A DNA stretch of 63,193 bases, the filler included, from Octopus bimaculoides (taxonomy: Eukaryota), in NCBI RefSeq assembly GCF_001194135.2. It is 4 parts of 4 records of this genome, joined end to end, with 100 filler letters (N's around TTAATTAATTAA, not from the genome) between each part and the next. Parts side by side here need not be neighbours in the genome. Positions count along the whole stretch, not along the records: positions 58,375 to 63,193 come from NC_068982.1; 3 more parts are not named here. One strand, 5' to 3'. Shown here piece by piece: positions 62,730 to 63,193 of this stretch; the stretch's first letter is position 1; each line of letters begins with the position of its first letter. The notes beneath the pieces are model-generated. The model had not been told where the DNA came from and searched no databases. It saw only the letters and a list, made by a program, of their open reading frames with translations. A program made the translations under genes and the position numbers.

Positions 62730-62990
62730 TTAACAGCAGAATTTGGTTTTTTGTCATATCTTCGAACAGTGTGACAAGTGGTTGTCGGAGAATTTCTGTG
62801 ACTTTACTAGCTCCCTGACAAAGAACAGCGAGCTGTTCAAAGATCTAATCAGGAACACAATAAGAGACATATGTGCCAGGTACTGGAGCCGTCTTGAGGC
62901 TGTGGTGGAAGCTGAGGGAGGCTACTTTGAATAAACTGTCATCTCCCACTCATAATCTAGTTGATATTTCTTGATTTTTTTGATTTTTTA
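62730..62990 (+). mobile_element. Tc1/mariner-superfamily (maT/Tc1-like) transposase C-terminal remnant
   Basis: WLSENFCDF...IRDICARYWSRLEAVVEAEGGYFE* matches the RLEAVVEAEGG C-terminal pattern. Confidence 0.7.
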
Positions 62991-63092
62991 TTATTAATTC
63001 TTTTAAGATATTGCACTTTCTTTTCTTTTACTGCAATTTAACCAGAAACCATATATACATACATACATATAATGTATTTTATTTATTTGCAT

Positions 63093-63193
<101 letters not shown>

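Overview
This is repeat-saturated, AT-rich animal genomic DNA with roughly a tenth of its bases in N gaps. The microsatellite load and SINE/MITE sequences resemble an Octopus-type cephalopod genome; that assignment comes from recognition, not a database search. I found no convincing host protein-coding gene, intact tRNA, rRNA or CRISPR array. Most ORFs in the track are translations of microsatellites or gaps. The interpretable content is decayed mobile elements. DNA transposons: a FLYWCH-MULE pseudogene, many Tc1/mariner fragments, a hAT remnant, and TTAA-flanked or palindromic MITEs. Retroelements: at least four tRNA-derived or RTE-tailed SINE families, CR1, Tx1/L1, R4/Dong, Hero and RTE LINE fragments, a Mag-clade Ty3/Gypsy element, and a 166-bp solo LTR family. 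The most interesting segment is a Penelope-like GIY-YIG fragment whose 3' repeat holds a tRNA-like Pol III module followed by a degenerate hammerhead-ribozyme-like motif (about 41.0-41.3 kb). Also notable are a SINE-in-RTE-in-Gypsy nest with both target-site duplications readable, a composite mariner fold-back, and several long near-perfect hairpins. Coordinates without a stated TSD or motif are approximate (about +/-20 bp).
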